The notes under the pieces were generated by a model, which did not search any database, was not told the origin of the DNA, and saw nothing but the letters and a program-made list of their open reading frames with translations. 64,000 bases of DNA from Lachnospiraceae bacterium (lineage in GTDB: Bacteria > Bacillota > Clostridia > Lachnospirales > Lachnospiraceae). The stretch spans positions 4,456-68,455 of the forward strand of contig JAFRWW010000009.1 in NCBI GenBank assembly GCA_017441585.1. Direction: 5' to 3'. Shown here piece after piece: positions 27,368 through 36,670 of this stretch; position 1 is the stretch's first letter; each line of letters starts with the position of its first letter. The translations under genes and the position numbers were made by a program.

Positions 27368-28048
27368 TTAATTTTGGAAATAATAACCTACACCCCATCT
27401 CGTCTGAACATACTTGGGCTCACTGGGCGAGTCCTCAACCTTTTCGCGCAGCCTCCTGATATGGACATCCACAGTCCTCACATCCCCGGGGTAATCCTTG
27501 CCCCATACGGTATCTAAGAGATCTTCCCTGGTGTATACCTTAAGAGGATTCAGCGCCAGAAGCTCCAGAAGGTCATACTCCTTGGCAGTCAGATTTATCT
27601 CTCTGTCACCCACATGCACTCTCCTGCTCTCACAGTCGATATGCATGCCTCTGCTGTCGATCACCCTGTTCTTTTTATCCGCGCTCTCGGTACGTCTGAA
27701 TATAGCCTTTATCCTGGCCTTGACCTCCAGTACGTTAAAGGGCTTTGACATGTAATCATCCGCACCGTAATCAAGCCCCAGTATCTTATCCATTACATCA
27801 CCCTTTGCGGTGAGCATGATAATGGGCACATCGGAAAACTCCCTGATGCTCTGGCACACTTCATATCCCGAAAGCTTGGGGAGCATTATATCCAAAAGTA
27901 TCAGATCATAACTGCCTGCCCTGACCTTTCCGAGAGCTTCCTCTCCGTCGTAGGCAGTGTCCACCTCCATGCCGTCCTGCTCCAGGGAAAACTTAAGTCC
28001 CTTCACTATGAGTTTTTCATCATCTACCACTAATATCTTTTTAGGCAT
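27368..28048 (-). CDS. OmpR-family response regulator
   Basis: Receiver motifs VDDE...LLDIMLP...SKPF and a winged-helix C-terminus (LTAKEYDLLELL, VDVHIRRLREKV, WGVGY). Confidence 0.95.
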   Translation of the reverse strand: MPKKILVVDDEKLIVKGLKFSLEQDGMEVDTAYDGEEALGKVRAGSYDLILLDIMLPKLSGYEVCQSIREFSDVPIIMLTAKGDVMDKILGLDYGADDYMSKPFNVLEVKARIKAIFRRTESADKKNRVIDSRGMHIDCESRRVHVGDREINLTAKEYDLLELLALNPLKVYTREDLLDTVWGKDYPGDVRTVDVHIRRLREKVEDSPSEPKYVQTRWGVGYYFQN

Positions 28049-28049
28049 T

Positions 28050-28679
28050 TTAAATCCTGATCCGATCCTTTATCTTTGAATACAGCCCTTCCTTGATCCC
28101 GGAGACCTTCATGATATCCTCCAAAGATGCGAAAGGACCGTTAGCCTCTCTGTACGCCACTATATCCGCCGCCCTGCTGGCCCCTATACCGTTTATGGTC
28201 TGCAAAAGCGCTTCATCGGCGGTATTGATATTTATCCTGTCATCATCCGCCGCCCCCGTCTCATAAGCCGGATCGTATGAACCCTCCGCAGACATAGAAG
28301 CTTTTACTTCATCGGCTGAAGGCACATATATGCGCTCTCCGTCAGCTATGGGCATAGCCAGATTAAGCACGTCCTTTGCCGCATCGTCCCTTAGTCCCTG
28401 ACACCTATCCAAAAGCTCATATAGCCTGCTGCCTTCCGGTAGTTCATAAACTCCGGGGGAGACCACACAGCCGCAGATATAAACTATGATGGTCCGCATC
28501 TTCTCTTTATCATCTTCGTCAGACTGAGTTGTTTCAGATGCATCCACCACGGATAACTCATCATCACCGGCCTCGCTCAGATCAAGCTCCACCGCACTGT
28601 CATCTCCTGTCACGGAACGCCCACAGCCGTAAACTGCCGTCATCATAAAGATCATAAACAGAAAAATATTTAATTTCAT
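28050..28679 (-). CDS. comEA: ComEA-family DNA receptor (SLBB plus helix-hairpin-helix)
   Basis: Signal/lipobox-like N-terminus, SLBB region VYICGCVVSPGVYELPEGSRL, and a C-terminal HhH segment ININTADEALLQTINGIGASRAADIVAYREANGPF. Confidence 0.87.
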   Translation of the reverse strand: MKLNIFLFMIFMMTAVYGCGRSVTGDDSAVELDLSEAGDDELSVVDASETTQSDEDDKEKMRTIIVYICGCVVSPGVYELPEGSRLYELLDRCQGLRDDAAKDVLNLAMPIADGERIYVPSADEVKASMSAEGSYDPAYETGAADDDRININTADEALLQTINGIGASRAADIVAYREANGPFASLEDIMKVSGIKEGLYSKIKDRIRI

Positions 28680-28779
28680 AAATCAGCCCTCCGATAATCC
28701 CGCGTTCAATAACGCGGATACTTACGGGGGTTCCCTTCGCTGATCTCAGATTTTATTCTACTTACAAACCGGGAATTTT

Positions 28780-29970
28780 TCAAGTTAAAATTTTATCAAG
28801 AATATTTTTCATCTCATCGATGTGTTCCCGGCCTATGACAAGGGGAGGAAGGAGCCTTAACACGTTTCCTTCCGCAGATATGGTCAGAAGTCCCGCTGCC
28901 TGAGCCTTGGCTATCACCTCTCCCACAGGCACCTTAAGCTCTATCCCCTGCAAAAATCCCCTGCCGCGTCTTTCCTTTATGGCATCGGGATGCGCAGCCT
29001 TAAGTTCCTCCACTACAGCCTCCAGATAAGGAGCCAGAGTCTTTACATTTTCGACTATCTTTTCTTCTTCAAATATTTCGATCACGGTGCGCACTGCCGC
29101 TGCCGCAAAAGGATTGCCTCCGTAGGTAGTCCCGTGATCGCCGGGCTTTAAGGAAGCGTTTGCCACCTTATCCGTCATCAAAAATGCACCAACGGGGATA
29201 CCATTGCCTATGGCCTTCGCCACAGCCATACAGTCGGGTTTCACGCCGTAGCCCTGCCATGCGAAATAATCTCCGCATCTTCCCATGCCGCACTGTATCT
29301 CATCAAATACCAGCAGGATATCCTTTTCATCGCATATCTGCCTGAGCTGTTTTAAGAACTCTTCATCCGCAGGATAAACTCCGCCCTCGGCCTGTACGGT
29401 CTCCGTCAGTATGGCGCAGGTCTTATCATTGATCAGAGCCTTAACGCTCTCTATATCGTTAAACTTCGCAAAACGGATATTGCCGATAAGGGGCTCAAAA
29501 GCCTCACGGTAATGAGGATTGTAGGTTACGGAAAGAGCACCCATGGACCTGCCGTGGAAGGAATGCTCCATGGCGATGATCTCATGATCCGTGGTGCCGT
29601 CCTTTTCGTAGGCATACTTCCTTACGGTCTTTATTATACCCTCTATGGCCTCCGTACCGGAGTTTGTAAAAAACACCCTGTCCATACCGCTGATCTTAGC
29701 CAGTGCATTGGCCGCATCCGCGCAGACCTCATTGTAATAGAGGTTTGAGGTGTGGGTCAGTTTATCGATCTGATCCTTAAGGGCGCTCTTATATTTTTCA
29801 TTTGAATATCCCAGTGAACATACGGCTATGCCCGCCTGGAAATCAAGATACTTCTTCCCGTCGGCGTCATAAAGATACACGCCTTCGCCGTGATCCAATG
29901 CTATGGGAAATCTGTTATATATCTTAAGCAGATGCTCGTCTGCCATTTTTGAAATGGTTGCTGTACCCAT
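28780..29970 (-). CDS. argD: acetylornithine aminotransferase (class III PLP aminotransferase)
   Basis: Motifs FTNSGTEA, FDEIQCGMGRCG, a PLP-lysine region AVAKAIGNG and TYGGNP. It sits in an arginine gene context. Confidence 0.85.
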   Translation of the reverse strand: MGTATISKMADEHLLKIYNRFPIALDHGEGVYLYDADGKKYLDFQAGIAVCSLGYSNEKYKSALKDQIDKLTHTSNLYYNEVCADAANALAKISGMDRVFFTNSGTEAIEGIIKTVRKYAYEKDGTTDHEIIAMEHSFHGRSMGALSVTYNPHYREAFEPLIGNIRFAKFNDIESVKALINDKTCAILTETVQAEGGVYPADEEFLKQLRQICDEKDILLVFDEIQCGMGRCGDYFAWQGYGVKPDCMAVAKAIGNGIPVGAFLMTDKVANASLKPGDHGTTYGGNPFAAAAVRTVIEIFEEEKIVENVKTLAPYLEAVVEELKAAHPDAIKERRGRGFLQGIELKVPVGEVIAKAQAAGLLTISAEGNVLRLLPPLVIGREHIDEMKNILDKILT

Positions 29971-29974
29971 CCTT

Positions 29975-30436
29975 TTATCCTTCGCTGTTATATCTTAAAA
30001 TGTTTTCTTTATTAAGTGTGAAATCGTAATAGTTAAGGTCAGTCCTCTGGGTCCAGCCTATGCCTCTCCAGAAGCTGTTGCCTATATCATTTTTAGTAAA
30101 AGCTATGAGGGAGACCTTATTTATCTTCTCTTTCCTCAAGGCTTCCATGGCCTCTACCACCATGGCCTTTCCTATGCCCTGCTTGCGGTACTCCTTTTTC
30201 ACGCACACGTGATAAAAGCAGCCGCGTCTGCCGTCATGTCCGCAAAGGATGGCGCCTACGACCTCACCGTTCCTTACGGCAACAACAGAGGTAGAGGGGT
30301 TCCTCAAAAGGAACCTCTCTACACCCTCTTTTGAATCGTCGATGGATCTGATGGCGAAGCCTTCTATGGTAAGCCACAGATTTTTTACCGCCTCATAATC
30401 CTCAGTTTTCATTGTCCTTATTTGTGTATCTGTCAT
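29975..30436 (-). CDS. GNAT-family N-acetyltransferase
   Basis: Acetyl-CoA motif A YRKQGIGKAMV. I chose the ATG at 30436 (MTDTQIRTMK...). The longer track ORF would overlap the argG 3' end. Confidence 0.8.
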   Translation of the reverse strand: MTDTQIRTMKTEDYEAVKNLWLTIEGFAIRSIDDSKEGVERFLLRNPSTSVVAVRNGEVVGAILCGHDGRRGCFYHVCVKKEYRKQGIGKAMVVEAMEALRKEKINKVSLIAFTKNDIGNSFWRGIGWTQRTDLNYYDFTLNKENILRYNSEG

Positions 30437-30452
30437 GCCGTCCTCTGATCTG

Positions 30453-31682
30453 TCAGAATTTATATTCCTCACCCACTTCACGCATCTTAAGTGCGCGAAC
30501 CTTTGCGGAAAGGCCAAAGAGATTTATGAAGCCTTCCGCATCGTGATGATCGTACATATCTCCCGTGGTGAAGGAAGCTATGCTCTCATTGTAAAGTGAG
30601 TAGGGTGACTTTGTGCCTGCCTTGATGATATTACCCTTGTAGAGCTTAAACTTAACCTCGCCGGTCACATACTCCTGGGTGGTGGCGATAAATGCCTTCA
30701 CTGCCTTGCAAAGAGGAGTGAACCACTTGCCCTCATATACGATCTGTGCCAGCTGGTTACCCATTTCTTCCTTAAGGCGATAGGTGTCACGATCCAGTAT
30801 GAGCTCTTCAAGCTGCTGATGTGCCTCATAGAGAATGGTACCGCCAGGAGTCTCATACACGCCGCGGCTCTTCATGCCCACTACTCTGTTCTCCACGATA
30901 TCCACGATACCGATTCCGTGCTTTCCGCCCAGTGCGTTAAGCTCTCTTATGATATCGGAAACCTTCATCTTCTTACCGTTTACGGAAGTGGGGATACCCT
31001 TTTCAAAGGTCATGGTGACATACTCGCCCTCATCGGGAGCCTTCTCGGGAGTCACGCCCAGCACCAGAAGATGCTCGAAGTTAGGCTCGTTGGCGGGGTC
31101 CTCCAGCTCCAGTCCCTCATGGCTTATATGCCACAGATTCCTGTCTCTTGAATAGGAGCTGTCTGCGGAGAAGGGAAGGTCTATGCCGTGTGCGCGGCAA
31201 TACTCTATCTCCGACTCTCTGGAATCAAGCTTCCACTTATCATCTCTCCATGCTGCGATTATCTTAAGATCGGGAGCAAGGGCCTTGATGCCCAGCTCGA
31301 ATCTGATCTGATCGTTACCCTTTCCGGTAGCGCCGTGGCAGATTGCACTGGCGCCCTCTTTTCTGGCTACCTCCACCAGTCTCTTTGCTATAACGGGTCT
31401 GGCCATGGAAGTACCAAGAAGATACTTATTCTCATAAACCGCATGAGCCTGTACGCAGGGTACGATGTACTCATCGCAGAACTCATCGATCACATCCTCT
31501 ATGTAAAGCTTTGATGCACCGCAAGCTATGGCTCTTTCATTCAGTCCGTCCAGTTCCTCGCCCTGTCCGCAGTCTATGCAGCAGCAGATTACTTCATAAT
31601 CATAATTCTCCTTGAGCCAGGGAATGATGGCTGTGGTATCCAGACCACCGGAGTAAGCTAATACAACCTTTTCTTTTGACAT
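30453..31682 (-). CDS. argG: argininosuccinate synthase
   Basis: N-terminal [12 protein letters not shown]-binding motif and a full-length ArgG-like sequence. The start MSKEKVV at 31682 is preceded by AGGAGGA. Confidence 0.95.
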   Translation of the reverse strand: MSKEKVVLAYSGGLDTTAIIPWLKENYDYEVICCCIDCGQGEELDGLNERAIACGASKLYIEDVIDEFCDEYIVPCVQAHAVYENKYLLGTSMARPVIAKRLVEVARKEGASAICHGATGKGNDQIRFELGIKALAPDLKIIAAWRDDKWKLDSRESEIEYCRAHGIDLPFSADSSYSRDRNLWHISHEGLELEDPANEPNFEHLLVLGVTPEKAPDEGEYVTMTFEKGIPTSVNGKKMKVSDIIRELNALGGKHGIGIVDIVENRVVGMKSRGVYETPGGTILYEAHQQLEELILDRDTYRLKEEMGNQLAQIVYEGKWFTPLCKAVKAFIATTQEYVTGEVKFKLYKGNIIKAGTKSPYSLYNESIASFTTGDMYDHHDAEGFINLFGLSAKVRALKMREVGEEYKF

Positions 31683-31763
31683 GTTATCCTCCTTAAAATA
31701 ATCAAACAGCAGGAAGCCTCTTAAAAGTGACAAGGGTAATCATACACCCAAAAAGCAAATATT

Positions 31764-32288
31764 TCAACGCCCGATTTGCTTCTTCTTTTTTTCTTCCTTA
31801 CGGCGGACAGCCTTATCTATAAGAAGTTTTGATTCCTCAAAAGCTGCGGGAAGGGCGTCATCCATCCATTCCTTACCGCTCTTTTCACTCTTCTTTATCT
31901 TGTCCCAGTTCACCAGGACCTGTGAACTGGTATCCGCACTCACATCACCGAAGACATGGGGATGGCGCCTTACCATTTTGTCGGATACCACCCTGCACAC
32001 GTCCTCCATGTCAAAAAGTCCTTCTTCCTTTGCTATCTGAGCATGCATCACCACCTGGAGCAGCAGATCTCCCAGTTCCTCCAGCATGTTCTCCGGGTTA
32101 TTCGTGTCGCGATAAATATTGATGCCGCACACCACCTCACAAGCTTCCTCTATGCAGGCATCCTTAAGGCTCTCATGGGTCTGCTCCCTGTCCCAGGGGC
32201 AGCCGTCGGGGGCGCGCAATGCCGCCATTATATCCAGAAGCCTTTCATACTGTACCGTATCACGGCTTTTCTTTTCTTCAATATTCAT
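31764..32288 (-). CDS. mazG: MazG-family nucleoside triphosphate pyrophosphohydrolase (single domain)
   Basis: Motifs CPWDREQTHESL, EExxE (IEEACEV) and EELGDLLLQV. I chose the start at 32288 (AGGAG 8 nt upstream) over the longer track ORF. Confidence 0.8.
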   Translation of the reverse strand: MNIEEKKSRDTVQYERLLDIMAALRAPDGCPWDREQTHESLKDACIEEACEVVCGINIYRDTNNPENMLEELGDLLLQVVMHAQIAKEEGLFDMEDVCRVVSDKMVRRHPHVFGDVSADTSSQVLVNWDKIKKSEKSGKEWMDDALPAAFEESKLLIDKAVRRKEEKKKKQIGR

Positions 32289-32451
32289 ATCCGCATCTCC
32301 TATCCAAGAATCTTCATCACTATGATCAACTTGAGCCCGACACTTTGCATGCAACGGCAGCACCCTTTTTCGCTCAGACAAAAAACCAACTCGCTTCAAA
32401 GGGCGCCTGCCTGCGCGGAATATACGTTATGCAAGACTTAAGTTAATGACA

Positions 32452-32480
32452 TTGACTTTGTTCTATCCTTTGCTTAGAAT
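32452..32480 (+). promoter_or_regulatory. sigma-A type promoter of the plus-strand operon
   Basis: TTGACT (32452-32457), 17-nt spacer, TAGAAT (32475-32480). An alternative extended -10, TGATACAAT, lies just downstream. Confidence 0.55.
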
Positions 32481-32531
32481 TCGGAATATATGATACAATA
32501 AGAATGTTTTATTATCAACAGGTTAGTTAAG

Positions 32532-33056
32532 ATGAAAAAAGATCCGGTTTCCTTTTCAAAAAAAGCAGCCCTGAACGGTCTGTTCATTGCGCTTGCCATA
32601 ATCTTAAGCTACGTGGAAAGTCTCATACCCGTCCCCTTTTTCATCCCCGGGATGAAGCTGGGACTTGCAAATCTGGCAGTGATGTGCGCCCTTTATCTCT
32701 TCGATGCAAAATGCGCCGCCCTGGTGAATCTCCTTCGGATCATCATCATTTTCCTGCTCTTCGGAAATGTAACTTCACTTATCTTTTCACTCTCCGGCGG
32801 TATGTTTTCCCTCCTTATCATGATACTCTTATTTAAAAGCCACAGCTTTAAAACAGTGACCCTCAGCGCCGTGGCCGGCATCAGCCATAATCTGGCACAG
32901 ATGCTTGCAGCCCTCTTTGTGGTAAAGGCGGTTTCCTTTGTCCGTTACACCGCGATACTCTGGTTCGCAGGACTCCTTGCGGGACTCGTAACCGGCGCCT
33001 TATGCGGCGTCATCATAAACAGGATAAAAAAATATGGGATCGATCAAACAATATAA
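32532..33056 (+). CDS. Gx-transporter family membrane protein (heptaprenyl diphosphate synthase component I-like)
   Basis: 174 aa with 5 TM segments and the motif GMKLGLANL. Assignment is from motif memory and from pairing with a NusG_II gene. Confidence 0.55.
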   Translation: MKKDPVSFSKKAALNGLFIALAIILSYVESLIPVPFFIPGMKLGLANLAVMCALYLFDAKCAALVNLLRIIIIFLLFGNVTSLIFSLSGGMFSLLIMILLFKSHSFKTVTLSAVAGISHNLAQMLAALFVVKAVSFVRYTAILWFAGLLAGLVTGALCGVIINRIKKYGIDQTI

Positions 33057-33378
33057 AAAAGATATATTGCTCCTTTCCTTTCTTATACTGGCAGGACTGA
33101 TGGTCGCGATCTTTACTTACAAAGGAGAAGCCGTGGGAAAAGAGGCGGTGGTCACCATCGACTCAAGGGAGTATGGAACCTATCCTCTTGATCAGGATAT
33201 ATCGGTTGAAATACCCGGCTACCACGGCGGTGTGAATATACTGACCATAAAAAACAAGACAGTCAGCATCACGGACGCCGACTGCCCCGATAAACTCTGC
33301 GTAAAAACGGGTTCGATCAAAAGCATAAATGAGACCATCATCTGCCTGCCCCACCGTGTGGTGGTAAGGATCAGATAG
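33034..33378 (+). CDS. NusG domain II-containing protein (DUF1312)
   Basis: N-terminal TM, then ADCPDKLCVKTGSIKSINETIICLPHRVVVRI, characteristic of NusG_II. Confidence 0.65.
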   Translation: MGSIKQYKKDILLLSFLILAGLMVAIFTYKGEAVGKEAVVTIDSREYGTYPLDQDISVEIPGYHGGVNILTIKNKTVSITDADCPDKLCVKTGSIKSINETIICLPHRVVVRIR

Positions 33379-33426
33379 AGTATGTACATTACCCTTAAGT
33401 GTTCCTATCAGTATAAATCCCGACTG

Positions 33427-34914
33427 TCAATTCCATATCACAAGTCCCGCCTGCATATACATGAAAAGGGAAGATGCGCAGTACACAAATGCGGCAAGAC
33501 CCATAACAATCTTAAGTATCTTTCCACCATCCCTCATAAGCACCGCATAAAGCCCTGCGGCGGGGATTATCACATGGGCTATGTACCTGAAATCCTGGGA
33601 TGAAAAATTAGGTGTCTTAAAACACAGATTCACCAGGAAAGCAAAGGAAAACAGAATATATATCACCATGAATATACCATAGGGATCCCTTTTTTTAAGC
33701 GCATGTAACAAAGCCAAAAAAGTGAACACTGCAAGAATGGCAGCGCTTATCAGAAGCACCCGGCCCGTCAGGGTTGCAAAAGGTGAAACGTCGGAAAAGT
33801 CCGCCTCTCCAAAGAGCGCCGTCTTTATGATGGCAAGGGGCACATTGAATTCATCATAGGAATGACCCGTAGCCTGCATGCACACAAAGGGCGTCCTCTC
33901 ACTTCCCGGATAAAATATCCTCTCAAAAAATGTCACTCCCTCTATGGGCTCTCCCACCTTGGGGGTAAAGGTTAAGGGTATTCCGAATTTAACCAGATTC
34001 CTCATGGGGAAAAACACTCCGAGGGGAATGCTGATAAGGGCAAAAATAAGATACTGTTTTATGACTTCCAAAATTTCTTTTTTATCTTTTCCCTTTATTG
34101 CAATGAACAGATAATACATCATCATACAGCCCATGGGGGCCGCCAGCATGATGCCCGACAGTTTTGCCATCATGGAAAGGCCCATGAATATCGCTGCCGG
34201 TATCATGGTCTTTTTGTCCCGCTTTTTCATCCAGACAAAGAAGAAATACATGCCTGCGATCTGAAGCAGGATACAGAGAAGATCATTGTTTATGCTGCCC
34301 GATAAAAAGATAAAACAAGGAGCACAGGCCAGTAGGGATACCGCGCAAAGATATGTCCTTAGGGTAAGGTCAAAAAACTTAAGACATCTGCTGCCGATCC
34401 ATGTACAAAGACAGCCGTAAATAAGAGTGAGTATCTGAACATTTTCCCTGCAGCGGTCCAAGGACCAGCCGAACAGCCTTCCGGCCGCATACTGGATATC
34501 CAGCCATATCGCCGCCAGGACATGATGAAGAGGCGGCTGAAAAAATCCCCACTTTTCCCTGGGATCAAAATCAGGCATGTGATGATTCTCAAGAAAGTAT
34601 TCGATATATCCCGCCTGTCCCTTTCCGGTTCCGAAGCCGATCACATCATGCTGTCTGATCCAGGTGGGGGTATATATGATATAATCCGCCCTTATGATAA
34701 AAGCGGCCATGCATACAGTGAACAGTATGCCCCATTCCGGTTTAATACATCTTCCTATCCACGCGCCGACGCACACGGAAAGCATTAACAACAAAAACAC
34801 TCCCGCCTGCAGTCTCGCGGGAGTGTCATATGTGTAGATAAAACCTGTCAGCAGCGAAAAAACTATTATCGCAAAAACGATGGCTGCATCAATTTTTCCT
34901 TTTTTTTCATGCAT
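33427..34914 (-). CDS. polytopic membrane glycosyltransferase-like protein (GT-C fold, ArnT/PMT family 39-like)
   Basis: 495 aa with at least 11 TM segments. An early loop (RADYIIYTPTWIRQHDVIGF) resembles the GT-C catalytic loop. Low-specificity call. Confidence 0.4.
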   Translation of the reverse strand: MHEKKGKIDAAIVFAIIVFSLLTGFIYTYDTPARLQAGVFLLLMLSVCVGAWIGRCIKPEWGILFTVCMAAFIIRADYIIYTPTWIRQHDVIGFGTGKGQAGYIEYFLENHHMPDFDPREKWGFFQPPLHHVLAAIWLDIQYAAGRLFGWSLDRCRENVQILTLIYGCLCTWIGSRCLKFFDLTLRTYLCAVSLLACAPCFIFLSGSINNDLLCILLQIAGMYFFFVWMKKRDKKTMIPAAIFMGLSMMAKLSGIMLAAPMGCMMMYYLFIAIKGKDKKEILEVIKQYLIFALISIPLGVFFPMRNLVKFGIPLTFTPKVGEPIEGVTFFERIFYPGSERTPFVCMQATGHSYDEFNVPLAIIKTALFGEADFSDVSPFATLTGRVLLISAAILAVFTFLALLHALKKRDPYGIFMVIYILFSFAFLVNLCFKTPNFSSQDFRYIAHVIIPAAGLYAVLMRDGGKILKIVMGLAAFVYCASSLFMYMQAGLVIWN

Positions 34915-36503
34915 CAGTCAATAACCATCAGCGGTGAATCGGCAGTTCCCTGATCCGTCGTCTGCGTTCCTTCAGCATCCTGTGTTCCTTCGGCATCCTG
35001 GGCGACTATGGGCTCTATGACTATGTCCTGAGCCTGATCACCCGCCTGATCGCCGGTCTCTTCCTGAGTTTCGCTCTGAGTCACAGCCGGTGCATCGGAA
35101 ACATACTGGGCAGCCTCCGTGGCGTATTCACTTTCGGGGAAGAGGGTGATGACACGTCTGTATACATCCTCAGCCTCCGTCTTTCTGTCGCTTCTGCGAT
35201 AAGCATGTCCCAGATTGAAAAGCGCCTCCGCATTCTTATCATCCAGTTCAAAGGCTTTTGAAAGGGCATCGACGGCCGTATCATAATCATCATCCTTAAG
35301 GGCGTTCAGTCCCTTTTCCAGGTAATCCGCACCGGCCTTTACGCACACCTCGTTTCTCATGGTCTCATACAGTTTTTTGAACTCATCCGAAACCATGTCG
35401 CTCTGGACGATGGTCACATCTATGCCCAGCACATCCTGGGCGATATCGGTGGTGTCCGAATCTCCTTCTACATAGTGTCTGGCCGCACTCATCAGCTTAT
35501 CATAGGCACCGATGATACCGTCATCTCCGGTCATCCCCTGCATCTGATCGGACAGAGCTACCTTTTCTTCCTCCAGGGCATCGACTCTCTTTTCCATCTC
35601 ATCCAGAGCCTCAGTCTTTTCCGTGAGCTGTGCTCCCACCTCCAGAAGCTCGTCATTTATCTCAGCCTGGCTGCTCTTGAGCCTGGCCGGAAGTACCAGA
35701 TACCACATCACCGCAAGGCCTATGAAAAGACCTATGAAGATGTTGAGCATGGTGGTGGCAACTGAAGAATGCTCCTGATTGTTTATGGGCTGGATTATGG
35801 TCTCGTTACCGCTGGTATATTCGATCACATCCCGCTGCTGTCTCTTTTTACGGCGCCGTGCCGACTCGGGATCCATCTCATCCAGTTGCTTCATGGCCTC
35901 TTCTATCTCTCTTGAATAGGTCATGGTCATGGTATTGTTGGTATCTATAGCGGCTGCGCTTTTAATGCACTGTTCGGCGTTTTCCCAATCCTGCTCCTTC
36001 ATGTAAAGCAGCGCCAGCAGCTGATGAGCCCTCAAGAATCTGGGATTGACCTTTAGTATGCTCTTTAACTGTATGGTAGCCATATCCAGACTGTCCTGCT
36101 GACAATACTCCAGAACCCTGTTGTATTTTGAGATAGTCTGTTTGATACTGTCCCATTTCGCCTGGTTGCTCTCCAGAGCATTCATAAAGTCGTCAGCTAT
36201 ATTCTTCTGGGGCTGAAAATGCTTGGACAGCACCCACTCACCCACGGCCTCTATGGCGTCGCCTCGCTCAAAATAAACCAGACCCAGCAGATTCCTGGCT
36301 TCCACATTATATTTATTACATTTCAAACTGTTCCGAAGACTGTCCACCGCACCAGAGAGATCACGAACCTTTGCCTTTTCAAGACCCTCGTTGTAAAAAC
36401 TGTTGGAGAGTCTGATTATCTTTTTATAAAGGTACACGTCCGCGCCGCATGAGGTACAGAAATCATTCTCGGAAAGCTCTACACCGCAATTATAGCATTT
36501 CAT
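34914..36503 (-). CDS. zinc-ribbon / TPR-repeat membrane protein
   Basis: N-terminal CxxC...CxxC (MKCYNCGVELSENDFCTSCG), TPR-like repeats, a central TM (TTMLNIFIGLFIGLAVMWYLV), a coiled coil and C-terminal TPR. Confidence 0.6.
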   Translation of the reverse strand: MKCYNCGVELSENDFCTSCGADVYLYKKIIRLSNSFYNEGLEKAKVRDLSGAVDSLRNSLKCNKYNVEARNLLGLVYFERGDAIEAVGEWVLSKHFQPQKNIADDFMNALESNQAKWDSIKQTISKYNRVLEYCQQDSLDMATIQLKSILKVNPRFLRAHQLLALLYMKEQDWENAEQCIKSAAAIDTNNTMTMTYSREIEEAMKQLDEMDPESARRRKKRQQRDVIEYTSGNETIIQPINNQEHSSVATTMLNIFIGLFIGLAVMWYLVLPARLKSSQAEINDELLEVGAQLTEKTEALDEMEKRVDALEEEKVALSDQMQGMTGDDGIIGAYDKLMSAARHYVEGDSDTTDIAQDVLGIDVTIVQSDMVSDEFKKLYETMRNEVCVKAGADYLEKGLNALKDDDYDTAVDALSKAFELDDKNAEALFNLGHAYRRSDRKTEAEDVYRRVITLFPESEYATEAAQYVSDAPAVTQSETQEETGDQAGDQAQDIVIEPIVAQDAEGTQDAEGTQTTDQGTADSPLMVID

Positions 36504-36661
36504 TTCTGATTACCCGATGTCTCCGAAGACTGGTCCTGACGATATATCTCAAGCATCAGATCTGTCAGATCCGTCATATCATGCTGTCTTATGGCATCTT
36601 CTGCATCATCCGCCTCAAGTGAGGGATGAAATTTCTTTAACTCTTCTTCAAAATTGATCAT
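36500..36661 (-). CDS. possible small acidic protein (53 aa), translationally coupled to the TPR gene
   Basis: Hand translation gives MINFEEELKKFHPSLEADDAEDAIRQHDMTDLTDLMLEIYRQDQSSETSGNQK. Its TGA overlaps the ATG of the next gene (ATGA). It starts 10 nt after the valS stop. Below the ORF-track cutoff. Confidence 0.35.
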   Translation of the reverse strand: MINFEEELKKFHPSLEADDAEDAIRQHDMTDLTDLMLEIYRQDQSSETSGNQK

Positions 36662-36670
36662 GGCAAAACC

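Noticed and set aside
28708-28725. Hairpin ccgcgtt-caat-aacgcgg between argD and comEA as a terminator.
   Set aside because: It is a 7-bp stem, but no T-tract follows on the minus (transcribed) strand. It is too weak to annotate as an intrinsic terminator.
30437-30517. N-terminal extensions of track ORFs: GNAT to 30517, argG to 31733, mazG to 32399, prfA to 49069, fabF to 58587, fabH to 55037, and the GGDEF/EAL protein to 47908.
   Set aside because: In each case an internal ATG has a proper SD at 5-11 nt and matches the usual family N-terminus. The extension overlaps the upstream gene or a repeat and starts at a codon without an SD.
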